From: Rhodobiaceae bacterium
GTDB taxonomy: Bacteria; Pseudomonadota; Alphaproteobacteria; Rhizobiales; NORP267
DNA length: 64,000 bases
Assembly (NCBI GenBank): GCA_020441905.1
Contig: JAGRLG010000072.1
Location: forward strand, 10,973 to 74,972
Direction: 5' to 3'
Below are positions 18,473 through 29,194 of the stretch, in pieces. The position numbers and the translations under genes are program-made. The notes under the pieces are model-generated. The model was not told the origin of the DNA. It saw nothing but the letters and a program-made list of their open reading frames with translations, and did not search any database. How positions within the stretch are numbered: position 1 is the stretch's first letter; every line of letters begins with the position of its first letter.

Positions 18473-19243
18473 ATGGCGGCGCAGCTGTCGGTCAATCTCA
18501 ATGCCATTGCCATGCTGCGCAACCGGCGCGATCTGCCCTGGCCCAGCATGACCGGCCTCGGGCGCATCGCGCTCGAAGCCGGCGCCGCCGGGCTGACCGT
18601 GCATCCGCGCCCCGACGAGCGCCATACAAGGCGCTCCGACGTGCCGGCACTGCTGGCTCTGGTGCGGGCCGACTTTCCGGACCGCGAATTCAATATCGAG
18701 GGCTTCCCGGACGCCCGCTTCATGGAGATCGTCGAGGCCGCGCGGCCCGACCAGGTGACGCTGGTGCCCGACGATCCGGCGCAGTCGACCTCCGATCACG
18801 GCTGGGACATCGCCGCCAACCGCACGCTGCTGGCGGGGGTTGTGGCGCGGCTGAAGGCGAAGGGCATGCGGATCTCGCTGTTCATCGATGCCGATCCCGA
18901 GGCCCCGGCGCTGGCGGCGGCCATCGGCGCCGACCGGGTGGAGCTTTACACCGGCCCCTATGGCGGCGCCCACGACGATCCGGGCCAAGCGGCGCGCGAG
19001 CTTGAGAGGCTGGCGGCGACGGCGCAGGCGGCGCGCGAGGCCGGGCTTGACGTCAATGCCGGCCATGACCTGACGCTGACCAATCTGCCGGCGCTTGTCG
19101 CCCGCATACCCTTCATCGCCGAGGTTTCGATCGGCCACGGCATCACCGCCGATGCCCTGATCCACGGCATGGCCGAGGCGGTGCGCCTCTACCGTGAGGC
19201 GGCGGCGGGCAATATTGCCGACGGCGCCGCGGACGCGATGTAG
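18473..19243 (+). CDS. pdxJ: pyridoxine 5'-phosphate synthase
   Basis: [15 protein letters not shown] and HPRPDERH motifs. Trimmed to ATG 18473. Confidence 0.9.
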   Translation: MAAQLSVNLNAIAMLRNRRDLPWPSMTGLGRIALEAGAAGLTVHPRPDERHTRRSDVPALLALVRADFPDREFNIEGFPDARFMEIVEAARPDQVTLVPDDPAQSTSDHGWDIAANRTLLAGVVARLKAKGMRISLFIDADPEAPALAAAIGADRVELYTGPYGGAHDDPGQAARELERLAATAQAAREAGLDVNAGHDLTLTNLPALVARIPFIAEVSIGHGITADALIHGMAEAVRLYREAAAGNIADGAADAM

Positions 19244-20374
<1,131 letters not shown>

Positions 20375-20447
20375 CTGCCGGCACCCGGCCCAATTGGCCC
20401 GCCGGCCGGTTTGCTGGCGGGGTCCGGGCAGGGTTCAGGAACAAAAA

Positions 20448-20480
20448 GGGCGCGTCCACGGCCAGGACGCGCCCTTTCTT
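20448..20480 (+). terminator. Rho-independent terminator after ilvC
   Basis: GGGCGCGTCC-ACGGCCA-GGACGCGCCC followed by TTTCTT. Confidence 0.8.
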
Positions 20481-20633
20481 ATTGTTCCGGTAGGCCCTTC
20501 AAATCCCCGTTTGCGTGTCGCGGAACTATCCGTTCGACGCCGTTACGGCCCTGAATAGCCGGACAATGCGACCTCAATGGTTCGGCAAAAGGGCGAAAAA
20601 TGGGTCATTGCGTGGAAAGAATGAGGCCGGGGG

Positions 20634-20680
20634 GCGAAAAAACGCCGCCGCGGCGGGGCAAACAGGCCCTGCCGCGGCGG
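20634..20680 (-). terminator. Rho-independent terminator after the small exported-protein gene
   Basis: On the minus strand: CCGCCGCGGC ... GCCGCGGCGG followed by CGTTTTTTCG. It starts about 30 nt downstream of the stop at 20710. Confidence 0.6.
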
Positions 20681-20709
20681 ATTGCTGGCCAGTTTTGACC
20701 GGCCGGCGG

Positions 20710-20946
20710 TTATTCCAGGCCGAGGATGCTCTTGGCTTCGGCCAGCGCGGCGGCGCAGGCTTCCTCGTTGCCGGCATTCTTGGTGGCTTCCTCGATGGCG
20801 GCGGTGATCACCGTCTTGTCGTCGTCGCTCACCTTGGCGGCTTCCAGCGCCTGCTGGACCTTGGTGACGTCTTCGGCGCAATCGGCGAAAGCCGGTGCAG
20901 CCAGGGCCACGAGCATTGCGGAAGCAAGGGCAACATTGCGGATCAT
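20710..20946 (-). CDS. small exported helical protein (signal peptide, 2 Cys), paralogue of 24261..24506
   Basis: 78 aa. Signal peptide MIRNVALASAMLVALAAPAFA, then an Ala/Glu/Lys-rich mature part ending AEAKSILGLE. This is the same architecture and C-terminal motif as the 81-aa ORF at 24261..24506. Confidence 0.65.
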   Translation of the reverse strand: MIRNVALASAMLVALAAPAFADCAEDVTKVQQALEAAKVSDDDKTVITAAIEEATKNAGNEEACAAALAEAKSILGLE

Positions 20947-21239
20947 TTTTCAAGTCCTTTCAGCGTCATTACTGACCATTGTCCCGCGCGGGACAGGAAC
21001 ACCTTGTCGCCAGTCCCCGCGGCAAAAAAAACGCTAATCGGCAATTGCATCCGGCCAGCGGCGGAAACGTGGCTTTTCAGCGGCTTAATCGGGGAAAATT
21101 GGCGGAAAATGCGATCTGGAACGAGTGCAAGGATTTAACCGCGCGCGGAAGCGGGCGCGGTGCAGCAGGGGGGGAGGAACGGCGCGGAGGGGGCGCGACG
21201 TCCGCCGGAAGGCGAGGCTCGCGCGTTCAGGCGGCGGGA

Positions 21240-21503
21240 CTATTGACTGTCGGTTGCCCGGGCAAAACGGACGCCCATTTCGGTCAGGCTGCGCCATGCC
21301 ACCTGGCAGGGCTGGAGGTCGTCGCTCTGGTCGAGTTTGAGGTCGAAGCGGTCCGGCACGCTGACCGTGCTTACCAGCGTCAGTTTGGCGCCTGCCGGTG
21401 AGACATTTCTCACCTGGCAATCCACGGTGGAGCGGTGGCCCGGAAGGAAGATTTTCGCGCCCTTCAGTGCCCGCATGCGCGGATTGGCCCTGCGTTCGGT
21501 CAT
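21240..21503 (-). CDS. single-domain PilZ protein (putative c-di-GMP receptor)
   Basis: 87 aa carrying both PilZ signatures: RxxxR (RANPR) and D/NxSxxG (NVSPAG). Confidence 0.85.
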   Translation of the reverse strand: MTERRANPRMRALKGAKIFLPGHRSTVDCQVRNVSPAGAKLTLVSTVSVPDRFDLKLDQSDDLQPCQVAWRSLTEMGVRFARATDSQ

Positions 21504-21748
21504 GATTTCATTCTTTCTGTTTCTTGTATCCGCCGCTCGTTGACGAGGCAGCGGTTATGGTTGGTGTCGGCAGCGGATTCATAGCACCTTGAATCTAATG
21601 GATTCTTAAAGACCGCCGAAATCCGGCGGCGGGGCGGGCGGCGCCGGCGCGCGCGGGATAAGGCACCGCCGGCTTGTTCACCAACCGTCAATATTCGCGC
21701 GCCATATTGAGCGGAGCTATCAGAAGATCCGGGATCCAGGAATTCCAT

Positions 21749-23083
21749 ATGTCCCTTTACGAGCAGTTCAAGGCCCGCCAGAGTGCGTTCGGAATCGACG
21801 ATGCCGCAATCTCGGATCTCAAGGAAATCTGGCCACTCCTTGAACCGCATATCGCCAAGCTGGCAAAGGAGCATGTGGCAAAAGCGGCCACCGTGCCGAT
21901 GGTCAAAAAGCTGTTCGAGGAAAAAGGCGACGAAATCGCCGCCCTGACCATGAAATCGCTGCCAAGGCTCTATCGAAGCGATTTCGGGTCGACCATGGGC
22001 GAGGAGGCAAAAGAGCGCTTCGAGGATGAAGTGGCGCTGGGACTCGACTCGCGCAACCGGCCGGCCATTTCAAGCTATGTCGTCAGATATCTGTTCAAGT
22101 CGATCGGACGCAAATACCGTTTCTCCGGTGCCAAGGCGGCACGCGCCTGCGCCTCAATCGCCCAGGTCATGCTGTTCGATATCGCCGGAGCGATCTTTTT
22201 TCATGTCACGCGCGAAATCGAGAAAGCGAATCAGCGCGCCCGGGAAATCGATGGCGTGGTCGAGGAATGCGATCATGCCATCGCCGATGTGCGCAAGGAC
22301 GTGACGGATGTTGTCACTTCCCTCAACAAGACCGCCGACCATCTGGCGCGCTCGGCCGAAACGGCAAGGGGGCGCACGCAGGCGGCAGCAGGCGCGGCAG
22401 GCAGCGCTTCGGACAATGTCGCCATCACGGCCGCCGCGGCGGAGGAGCTTTCGGCCTCGGTTTCCGAAGTCTACCACCAGGTGCGCCAGAGCGTCGATCT
22501 GGCGCGCAAGGCGGTTTGCGATGTCGAGCACACCAGCACCACCATTCAGTCCCTCTCCGAAGCCGTGGAGAAGATCGGATCGGTGGTCGGCGTGATTTCC
22601 GAAATCGCCGCCCAGACCAACCTCCTGGCGCTCAACGCCACCATCGAGGCGGCGCGGGCCGGCGAGGCCGGGCGCGGATTTGCCATCGTCGCCTCGGAGG
22701 TCAAGACGCTGGCCACCCAGACCTCGAAGGCGACCGAGGAAATCAGCCAGCAGATCACCATGATCCAGGACGTGACGCGGCGCTCGGTCAGCGACATCAC
22801 CAATGTCGGCGGCACGATCAGCGGCATTTCGGCCATTGCCGAATCCATCGTCGAGGCAGTCGACAACCAGGCCACGGCGACAGGCAGCATCGCCCAGAGC
22901 GCCAGCGGCGCGGCGGGTAATGCCCGCACCGTCAGCGACGCCATCGAACCGCTGGGCACCGAGATCGAGCGCACCGGAGAGGCGGCCAAACAGGTGCTCG
23001 AGCTGTCGCAAAGCCTCAACAGCAGCACCGAAACGCTGGACGAAGCCCTGAACACCATGTTCACCCGCGTCCGCGTGGCCTGA
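21749..23083 (+). CDS. soluble methyl-accepting chemotaxis protein with N-terminal globin-coupled-sensor-like (protoglobin) domain
   Basis: No TM segment. The C-terminal signalling hairpin is [38 protein letters not shown]. The N-terminal ~170 aa resemble sensor globins. Trimmed to ATG 21749. Confidence 0.85.
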   Translation: MSLYEQFKARQSAFGIDDAAISDLKEIWPLLEPHIAKLAKEHVAKAATVPMVKKLFEEKGDEIAALTMKSLPRLYRSDFGSTMGEEAKERFEDEVALGLDSRNRPAISSYVVRYLFKSIGRKYRFSGAKAARACASIAQVMLFDIAGAIFFHVTREIEKANQRAREIDGVVEECDHAIADVRKDVTDVVTSLNKTADHLARSAETARGRTQAAAGAAGSASDNVAITAAAAEELSASVSEVYHQVRQSVDLARKAVCDVEHTSTTIQSLSEAVEKIGSVVGVISEIAAQTNLLALNATIEAARAGEAGRGFAIVASEVKTLATQTSKATEEISQQITMIQDVTRRSVSDITNVGGTISGISAIAESIVEAVDNQATATGSIAQSASGAAGNARTVSDAIEPLGTEIERTGEAAKQVLELSQSLNSSTETLDEALNTMFTRVRVA

Positions 23084-23216
23084 CGGGGCTGCACAGCTGC
23101 CTGCTGTCCCTTTAATCTCGGCGGCGCCCGCGACAGCGCCTTTACAGACCTTTCGGCCTCGTTCCTAATCGCTGCGTTTCGATTCCCGGCTGCCCGGGTC
23201 CATTGAAAGGCGGGCG

Positions 23217-24140
23217 ATGAGCCACCGTTTCTTCACCCTCGACGTTTTCACCGACACCGCGCTGGCCGGCAATCCGCTGGCGGTGGTGCTGGACGCGGAC
23301 GATCTGTCCGACGCGCGTATGCAGGCGATCGCAGGCGAATTCAACCTGTCGGAAACCGTGTTCCTGCACCGCCCGGACAAGAAGGCCCATTCGGCACGGG
23401 CGCGAATTTTCACGCCGACACGCGAACTGCCCTTTGCCGGGCATCCGACCATCGGTGCCGGGGTGCTGCTGGCCCATCTCAAATTCGGCGACGGCATGGA
23501 AGATGGCGGGCGGGAATGCGATGCCATGTTCATTATCGAGGAGACTATCGGGATCGTGCGCGTCGGCGTGCGGCTGACGCCGGGCAAGGCACCCTTCGCC
23601 GTCTTCGACCTGCCGAAATTGCCCGAGGAAACCGGTAGGGTGCCGCCGGTGGGCGATCTGGCCCACGGCATCGGCCTGGTCGCTTCGGATATCGGCTTTG
23701 ACAACCACAAGCCGATGCGCGCCAGTGCCGGAGTGCCGTTCGTGTTCGTGCCGGTCAAGGACCGCGAGGCGTTGTCGCGCTGCCGCTCCAACCGGATCTT
23801 CTGGGACACCGTGTTTCGCGGCGAGGACCACGGCGCCATGTATATCTATTGCCGCGATACCGACGATGAGAACCACGCCTTTCGCGCCCGGATGTTCGCG
23901 CCCGCCATCGGGCTGGCCGAGGATCCTGCAACCGGCGCCGCGGCGGCGGCCTTTGCCTGTGTGGTGGAACGTTTCGAGCCGCTCGGCGACGGGGTGCACC
24001 AGCTCTGGATCGAGCAGGGGCAGGATATGGGGCGGCCAAGCCTGCTGTCGCTGGAGGTTGAATTCGCCGGCGGGGCGCTGGCCAATGCCCGTATCGGCGG
24101 CAATGCCGTCATCCTTCAGGACGGCACTATCCGGGTCTGA
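23217..24140 (+). CDS. PhzF-family isomerase-like protein
   Basis: FTLDVFTDTALAGNPLAVVL...EFNLSETVFL...FTPTRELPFAGHPTIG is typical of the PhzF/YddE family. Confidence 0.85.
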   Translation: MSHRFFTLDVFTDTALAGNPLAVVLDADDLSDARMQAIAGEFNLSETVFLHRPDKKAHSARARIFTPTRELPFAGHPTIGAGVLLAHLKFGDGMEDGGRECDAMFIIEETIGIVRVGVRLTPGKAPFAVFDLPKLPEETGRVPPVGDLAHGIGLVASDIGFDNHKPMRASAGVPFVFVPVKDREALSRCRSNRIFWDTVFRGEDHGAMYIYCRDTDDENHAFRARMFAPAIGLAEDPATGAAAAAFACVVERFEPLGDGVHQLWIEQGQDMGRPSLLSLEVEFAGGALANARIGGNAVILQDGTIRV

Positions 24141-24260
24141 CGGATGGAGTAAGGCGGACCGGTTCAGGCGGACCGGGAACATTTTGGGCTCCCGGTCCGC
24201 AAGTTGCCTGCCCGCCGCCAACAGGCGCCGGCTATCGGGCAGCAGAAGGCTTTTGGGCGG

Positions 24261-24506
24261 TTACTTGACGCCGAGGATAGCCATGGCTTCGGCGAGGACC
24301 TTCACCGACTCTTCGTGATTGCCGGCCTTGTGCAGTTCCTCGCCCTGGGCGCGCAGTTCCGTGACCTTGGCCTTGGCGGCATCGTCGAGAGTGGCGGTCG
24401 TCATGGCGGCGTCGATCTTGGCCATATCGGCCGGGCAGTGAAATGCGAATGCCGGGCCGGCAATGAAAGCAAATGCGGCCGCGGCGACAAGTGTCTTTTT
24501 GAACAT
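24261..24506 (-). CDS. small exported helical protein, paralogue of 20710..20946
   Basis: 81 aa. Signal peptide MFKKTLVAAAAFAFIAGPAFA, a single Cys soon after the cleavage site, and a helical Ala/Lys/Glu-rich body ending AEAMAILGVK. Confidence 0.65.
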   Translation of the reverse strand: MFKKTLVAAAAFAFIAGPAFAFHCPADMAKIDAAMTTATLDDAAKAKVTELRAQGEELHKAGNHEESVKVLAEAMAILGVK

Positions 24507-24967
24507 GCGAGAACCTCCCGATCATGGGCCGGCCGCGCACCTGGCGCGGGGGCCTGTTGCTTTACGGAAGTGCCATTCTTCTCCCCGAACGTGGTGGATT
24601 ATAGGCGGCAACAAGGCCATTTTCATGCAGAATCAGGGCAGTTAACGGGAATGTGCGATGTGCTTGCGCTTTACGGCGGCGTTTGGAAGCGTTACATAAA
24701 GGCAGTCAACGAACAGTCGAAAGCCATCATGAGTCCTGCGAACCAGATCGCTGACCGGACCGACGCCCCGCAATTTTGTGCGGCGCTGTTGCGTTTGTAT
24801 GGGACCGATGGCGGACGGCGGCTTCCGGACATCGCGGGTCTGCTCCTTACCAGCCCCTAGGCGCTGGCGGCCTGGCGATCGTGCCAGGCGGGCTTCTAGG
24901 GGTGCGGGACAGGCAGGAATTCACACCGGCCCGGAGCGGGCCGCGACGCGATAAGGAAGACAAGTCC

Positions 24968-26560
24968 ATGACCAAAGGACAGGCAAAAGACGCGGGCAGC
25001 ACCCAGGTTGCCGCCGGCAAGGACCGGGTCGTCATTTTCGACACCACGTTGCGCGACGGGGAGCAATGCCCCGGCGCCACCATGACACTGGATGAGAAGC
25101 TCCAGGTCGCCGATGTGCTCGACGCCATGGGGGTCGATATCATCGAGGCCGGTTTCCCGATCGCCTCCAATGGCGATTTCGAGGCCGTTTCCCTGATAGC
25201 CGAAAGAGTGAAGAACGCCACCGTGGCGGGTCTGGCACGGGCCGGCAACAAGGATATCGACCGTTGCGCCGAAGCCGTGCGCAAGGCCAGGCGGCCGCGC
25301 ATCCACACCTTCATCTCGACTTCGCCGGTGCATATGAAATGGAAGCTCCAGATGGAGCCGGCGCAGGTCTATGAGATGGTGGTGGCCTCGGTGAGCCGGG
25401 CGCGCAACCATGTCGAGGACGTCGAATGGTCGTGCGAGGACGGCACGCGCACCGAGCACGATTTCCTGTGCCGCTGCGTCGAGGCGGCGATCAAGGCCGG
25501 GGCGACGACGATCAATATTCCCGATACCGTCGGCTACACGGCGCCGGAGGAATATGGCGCGCTGTTCAAGATGGTACGCGAGCGGGTGCCCAATTCCGAC
25601 AAGGCGGTGTTCTCGGTTCATTGCCACGACGATCTCGGCATGGCCGTGGCCAATTCGCTGGCCGGCATTTCGGGGGGCGCGCGCCAGGTCGAATGCACCG
25701 TCAACGGCATCGGCGAACGGGCCGGCAACGCGGCGCTGGAAGAGGTGGTCATGGCGCTGCGCACGCGCGGCGACATCTTCCCCTATGACACCGGCATCGA
25801 CGCGTCCATGCTGACGCGGGCCTCCAAGCTGGTTTCGGCGGTGACGTCTTTTCCGGTGCAGTACAACAAGGCCATTGTCGGGCGGAATGCCTTTGCCCAT
25901 GAGAGCGGCATTCACCAGGACGGGATGCTCAAGCATACCCAGACTTACGAGATCATGACCCCGGAATCGGTGGGGGTGTCCAAGACCTCGCTGGTGATGG
26001 GCAAGCATTCGGGCCGCAATGCCTTCCGCGACAAGCTGAAACAGCTGGGCTATGCGCTGGCCGACAACCAGCTCGAGGACGCCTTCGTCCGCTTCAAGGA
26101 GCTGGCGGACCGCAAGAAGCACGTCTATGACGAGGACATCGAGGCGCTGGTCGACGAGAAGTTGGCGACGGCGGAAGACCGTATCAAGGTACTGTCGCTG
26201 CTGGTGATTGCCGGCACCATGGGGCCGCAGGTTGCGACCCTGACCCTGGACATGGACGGCGAGCACCGCACCGTGCAGGCGACCGGCAACGGACCGGTGG
26301 ATGCCACCTTCAACGCCATACACGCCCTGGTGCCCCACGAGGCCCAGCTGGAGCTCTACCAGGTCCATGCGGTGACAGAAGGCACCGACGCCCAGGCCGA
26401 GGTTTCGGTGCATCTGGGAGTGGACGGCAAGTCCTTTTCCGGGCGCGCCGCCCATCCCGATACGATGGTGGCCTCGGCCAAGGCCTATCTGGCGGCGCTC
26501 AACAAGCTGGCGGCGCGCCAGGACCGCGTCCATGCCCATTCGGCCGAGGAAGTGGCCTAG
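24968..26560 (+). CDS. leuA: 2-isopropylmalate synthase
   Basis: [29 protein letters not shown] and a C-terminal LeuA dimerisation/regulatory domain. Trimmed to ATG 24968. Confidence 0.95.
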   Translation: MTKGQAKDAGSTQVAAGKDRVVIFDTTLRDGEQCPGATMTLDEKLQVADVLDAMGVDIIEAGFPIASNGDFEAVSLIAERVKNATVAGLARAGNKDIDRCAEAVRKARRPRIHTFISTSPVHMKWKLQMEPAQVYEMVVASVSRARNHVEDVEWSCEDGTRTEHDFLCRCVEAAIKAGATTINIPDTVGYTAPEEYGALFKMVRERVPNSDKAVFSVHCHDDLGMAVANSLAGISGGARQVECTVNGIGERAGNAALEEVVMALRTRGDIFPYDTGIDASMLTRASKLVSAVTSFPVQYNKAIVGRNAFAHESGIHQDGMLKHTQTYEIMTPESVGVSKTSLVMGKHSGRNAFRDKLKQLGYALADNQLEDAFVRFKELADRKKHVYDEDIEALVDEKLATAEDRIKVLSLLVIAGTMGPQVATLTLDMDGEHRTVQATGNGPVDATFNAIHALVPHEAQLELYQVHAVTEGTDAQAEVSVHLGVDGKSFSGRAAHPDTMVASAKAYLAALNKLAARQDRVHAHSAEEVA

Positions 26561-26619
26561 GCGGCAACATCGCGAGGATGGAATCGAAGACCGGTCCGGT
26601 ATCCGCCGGGCCGGTTTTT

Positions 26620-27081
26620 CTATCCCACCCAGCGCAGCAGGTGGCTTTGGCAGGTTCGGCAATCGCTGGAGCCGAAGCCGGGCAGGGGGATGGAAAACGC
26701 CCCGCTGGCCAGCAGGGCGGCAACAAGGGCGCATTCATCGCCGCCGGGAAAGGCGAAGCCGGCCCTGGCGCCGGCATTGGCGGTGACGGCGTCGATGTGC
26801 CAGTGGCGCCTGCCCGATGCCCCAAGATGGCGGCCAAGGCGCGCCGCGATGCCGCCGGGGCCATTGGCGCTGCCGGCATAGAGATACCAGCCGGGGGCAA
26901 GGCTTGCCGCGCCGAGGCTGGGAATGCGCGGGCTGAGGGCGCTATCGAGCCGGCAGGCCAGCAGATAGGCGCCGGGCCGCGCGGGCAGGCCGCGCGCCGC
27001 GCCAGGCGCGAACATGTCGGTTGCCGGCAGCAAGGCGGCGAGGGCGGGGGGCAGCAATGGAGCGCTGGAATCGGCGGCCAT
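26620..27081 (-). CDS. DUF123 (GIY-YIG-like, Uri superfamily) domain protein
   Basis: GAYLLACRL...GWYLYAGSA...RLGRHL...RHWHIDAV...GFGSSDCRTCQSHL matches the DUF123 pattern as I remember it. Confidence 0.7.
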   Translation of the reverse strand: MAADSSAPLLPPALAALLPATDMFAPGAARGLPARPGAYLLACRLDSALSPRIPSLGAASLAPGWYLYAGSANGPGGIAARLGRHLGASGRRHWHIDAVTANAGARAGFAFPGGDECALVAALLASGAFSIPLPGFGSSDCRTCQSHLLRWVG

Positions 27082-27244
27082 GACAGGCCAAGCCTAGGCG
27101 CTGGCGCGCCGCGTGTCGCGGTACGCCGAGGGCTGGGACAAGAAAACGACGCCGTGTGGCGGTGAAACGGCCCGGCGCTATGGACTTGGGGCAATGCGTT
27201 TGATAAACGGACTTCGCCTCGCCATATGAGGCTCCTGAAGGAAT

Positions 27245-27314
<70 letters not shown>

Positions 27315-27320
<6 letters not shown>

Positions 27321-27447
27321 TTCCTTCTATCTCACGCCAGTTCGTTTCACTCACGGCTCCGATGGGGCGGCCTGACCGGCCGGCGCGTAGACGCGCTTGC
27401 GAACCCGTCGGGTTCGAACTTTCTCCGGTCAAGTCCACCATTCCTTC
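27315..27447 (+). repeat. 13-nt direct repeat CCACCATTCCTTC (tRNA-Lys 3' end, then a second copy 120 nt downstream)
   Basis: Identical 13-mers at 27315..27327 and 27435..27447. The second copy is preceded by GGTTCGAAC, reminiscent of a T-loop remnant. Confidence 0.7.
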
Positions 27448-27570
27448 CCTCTTGGCCAGATCCGGCATTCTCCCAAAACCCGGCCAGCTTTCTCCAAGCC
27501 AGCTTCTGGCCGCTTGCTCGAATCGCGGCTAGAATCGGGCGCGACAGGTGGCGGAACGAGGGGACAAGTC

Positions 27571-27975
27571 ATGAGAGGGAAAAGGATCGCCCTGTTGGCG
27601 GCGCTGGCAATCGGCATGACGGCAGGTGCAGCCATCCCGGCGCGGGCCGATGCCATGGCGCGGGCGATATTCATGAACACGGCCTATTGCGCCGGCGTTG
27701 CCGAGGGCTACAGCGAAACGTTGAAACAGGCTGGCGGCTGGGCGTTCGGCGGCAAAGCGTCGGCGGCGCAGCGGGTGGCCGGCGAGTTGAAGCGGCGCGC
27801 CGATACATTTGGCCGCCGCAACGGCTTTTCCAGCGCGCAGGGGCAACAGGCGGCGAACCAGGGACGGGCGACGATCGAGCGCCTGCTTGCGGGCGGCAAT
27901 TGGCGCGGCGGCAGCGATGTGCCGCAAGAGGCGTTCCGGCAATATCAGCACTGCGCCACCCTGGCGGAGCTTTGA
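27571..27975 (+). CDS. hypothetical exported protein
   Basis: 134 aa starting at ATG 27571 after GAGGGGA. Signal peptide MRGKRIALLAALAIGMTAGAAIPARA. I recognise no family. Confidence 0.5.
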   Translation: MRGKRIALLAALAIGMTAGAAIPARADAMARAIFMNTAYCAGVAEGYSETLKQAGGWAFGGKASAAQRVAGELKRRADTFGRRNGFSSAQGQQAANQGRATIERLLAGGNWRGGSDVPQEAFRQYQHCATLAEL

Positions 27976-28228
27976 CGGGGCGGAGCATTTTTGCCCGCGA
28001 CCTGCACTCGGGCGCCACACCGGCAACCTGCCGCTACCCCGGCGCGGGCCGGAGCGGGGCCGCGCCAAGGCGCCGGGAAGGAGATGACGGCCCGGATTTG
28101 AGCCAGAAACATGGTAAGCGAAGTGTTAAAGCGGGGCTTTAACGCGGGCGAAAACCGTAGCCGGGAGAATCGCTTGAAGTGCTTTGCTGATGGCGCGTGG
28201 CAGGCAGCCCAGGCAGCCCGGCCTGCCT

Positions 28229-29161
28229 TCAGGCCGCTTTCAGGCCGCCAAAGCGTTGCCAGTATTCGGGCGGCGGCGGCGGCACGGAGCCGGACCAGGT
28301 TTCCAGGTTCGACAGCAGGAAGCGGTCCGCCGCCGGCACGATGCGGCGATAGATATTGGCCGTGAGCTCGAGCGCCGCCGGTCCCAGCCAATCCTCCGGC
28401 AACAGGGCGGCGGGCAGGACCGGGTCCTTGAGCAGGATGCGGCGGTGTTCGAGCATCAACAGGATGCGCAGGGCGTAGGCGTCTTCCTCGCAGATGGGGG
28501 CGCCATCGGCAAGCGTCTCGCCGATGGGCGAGAAAGCGGCGATGAAGCGCTCATAATCCTGCTTCAGGGCGGAGAGGTTCCAGGCCTGCTTGGCGACGCG
28601 GTGGACATGCTCGCCGGAGACGAATTCGGCCAAGTGGGCGCGAAAGACGAAAGCGCGGTCGCTCAGCTTGTGGCGGGCGAGGGTGCGGGCGATTGTCGCC
28701 GTCGTTTCGGTCGGGTGGGCGTAGAGCGCGGGGCCGATCTGGCCGAAGCCGAGCCAGCCCAATTCGCGCACCAGGGCGTGGCGGCGCGAGGCGCTGATAT
28801 CGGACGGCAACTGCACCAGGCGCCATTCGCCGTCCCAGGGCGCGTTCTCCATGGCATAGAAGCGGCGTGTCGCCTCGGCAAACTTGTCCATCGACTGCTC
28901 GGCGATGGTGTAGTAGGCGCGCCGGCCCTGCTTGCGCGAGGTCAGCCAGCCCTGTTGGGACAGCCGGTAGACGCCGGTGCGCACCAGCCGCGGCGCGATG
29001 CCCAGCGGGGCGGCCAGCGCGATCAGGCTGCCCAGCCAGATCTCGCCGCCATGGGGCAGCACGGTATCGCCGAAAATGGTGATGATGGCCGGATTGGCGC
29101 GCAGACGCACCTTGCCGCGCAAGCGGTCAAGGAGGCCGGCACTGTTATTGTTCTGCTCCAT
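28229..29161 (-). CDS. paaX: phenylacetic acid degradation operon repressor PaaX
   Basis: 310 aa with the typical PaaX N-terminus (IITIFGD...GGEIWLGSLI...GI..RLVRTGVYRLSQQGWL) and C-terminal domain. Confidence 0.88.
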   Translation of the reverse strand: MEQNNNSAGLLDRLRGKVRLRANPAIITIFGDTVLPHGGEIWLGSLIALAAPLGIAPRLVRTGVYRLSQQGWLTSRKQGRRAYYTIAEQSMDKFAEATRRFYAMENAPWDGEWRLVQLPSDISASRRHALVRELGWLGFGQIGPALYAHPTETTATIARTLARHKLSDRAFVFRAHLAEFVSGEHVHRVAKQAWNLSALKQDYERFIAAFSPIGETLADGAPICEEDAYALRILLMLEHRRILLKDPVLPAALLPEDWLGPAALELTANIYRRIVPAADRFLLSNLETWSGSVPPPPPEYWQRFGGLKAA

Positions 29162-29194
29162 TCGGCGTACCTCTTTGAGGCGGCGCCGGGCAGG

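Noticed and set aside
24651-24967. Possible leucine leader peptide or attenuator upstream of leuA: an ORF ending ...DIAGLLLTSP* at 24860, followed by the hairpin GCCTGGC-N6-GCCAGGC.
   Set aside because: The candidate ORF is 44-70 codons long, has no SD and has only a modest Leu run. The hairpin lacks a U-tract. This falls short of the clear ilvIH attenuator architecture.
28125-28143. Inverted repeat GTTAAAG-CGGGG-CTTTAAC downstream of paaX, superficially like a TTAA-type box or a terminator.
   Set aside because: The spacer between the TTAA halves is 9 nt, not 7. No U-tract follows on either strand. There is no second copy in the window.
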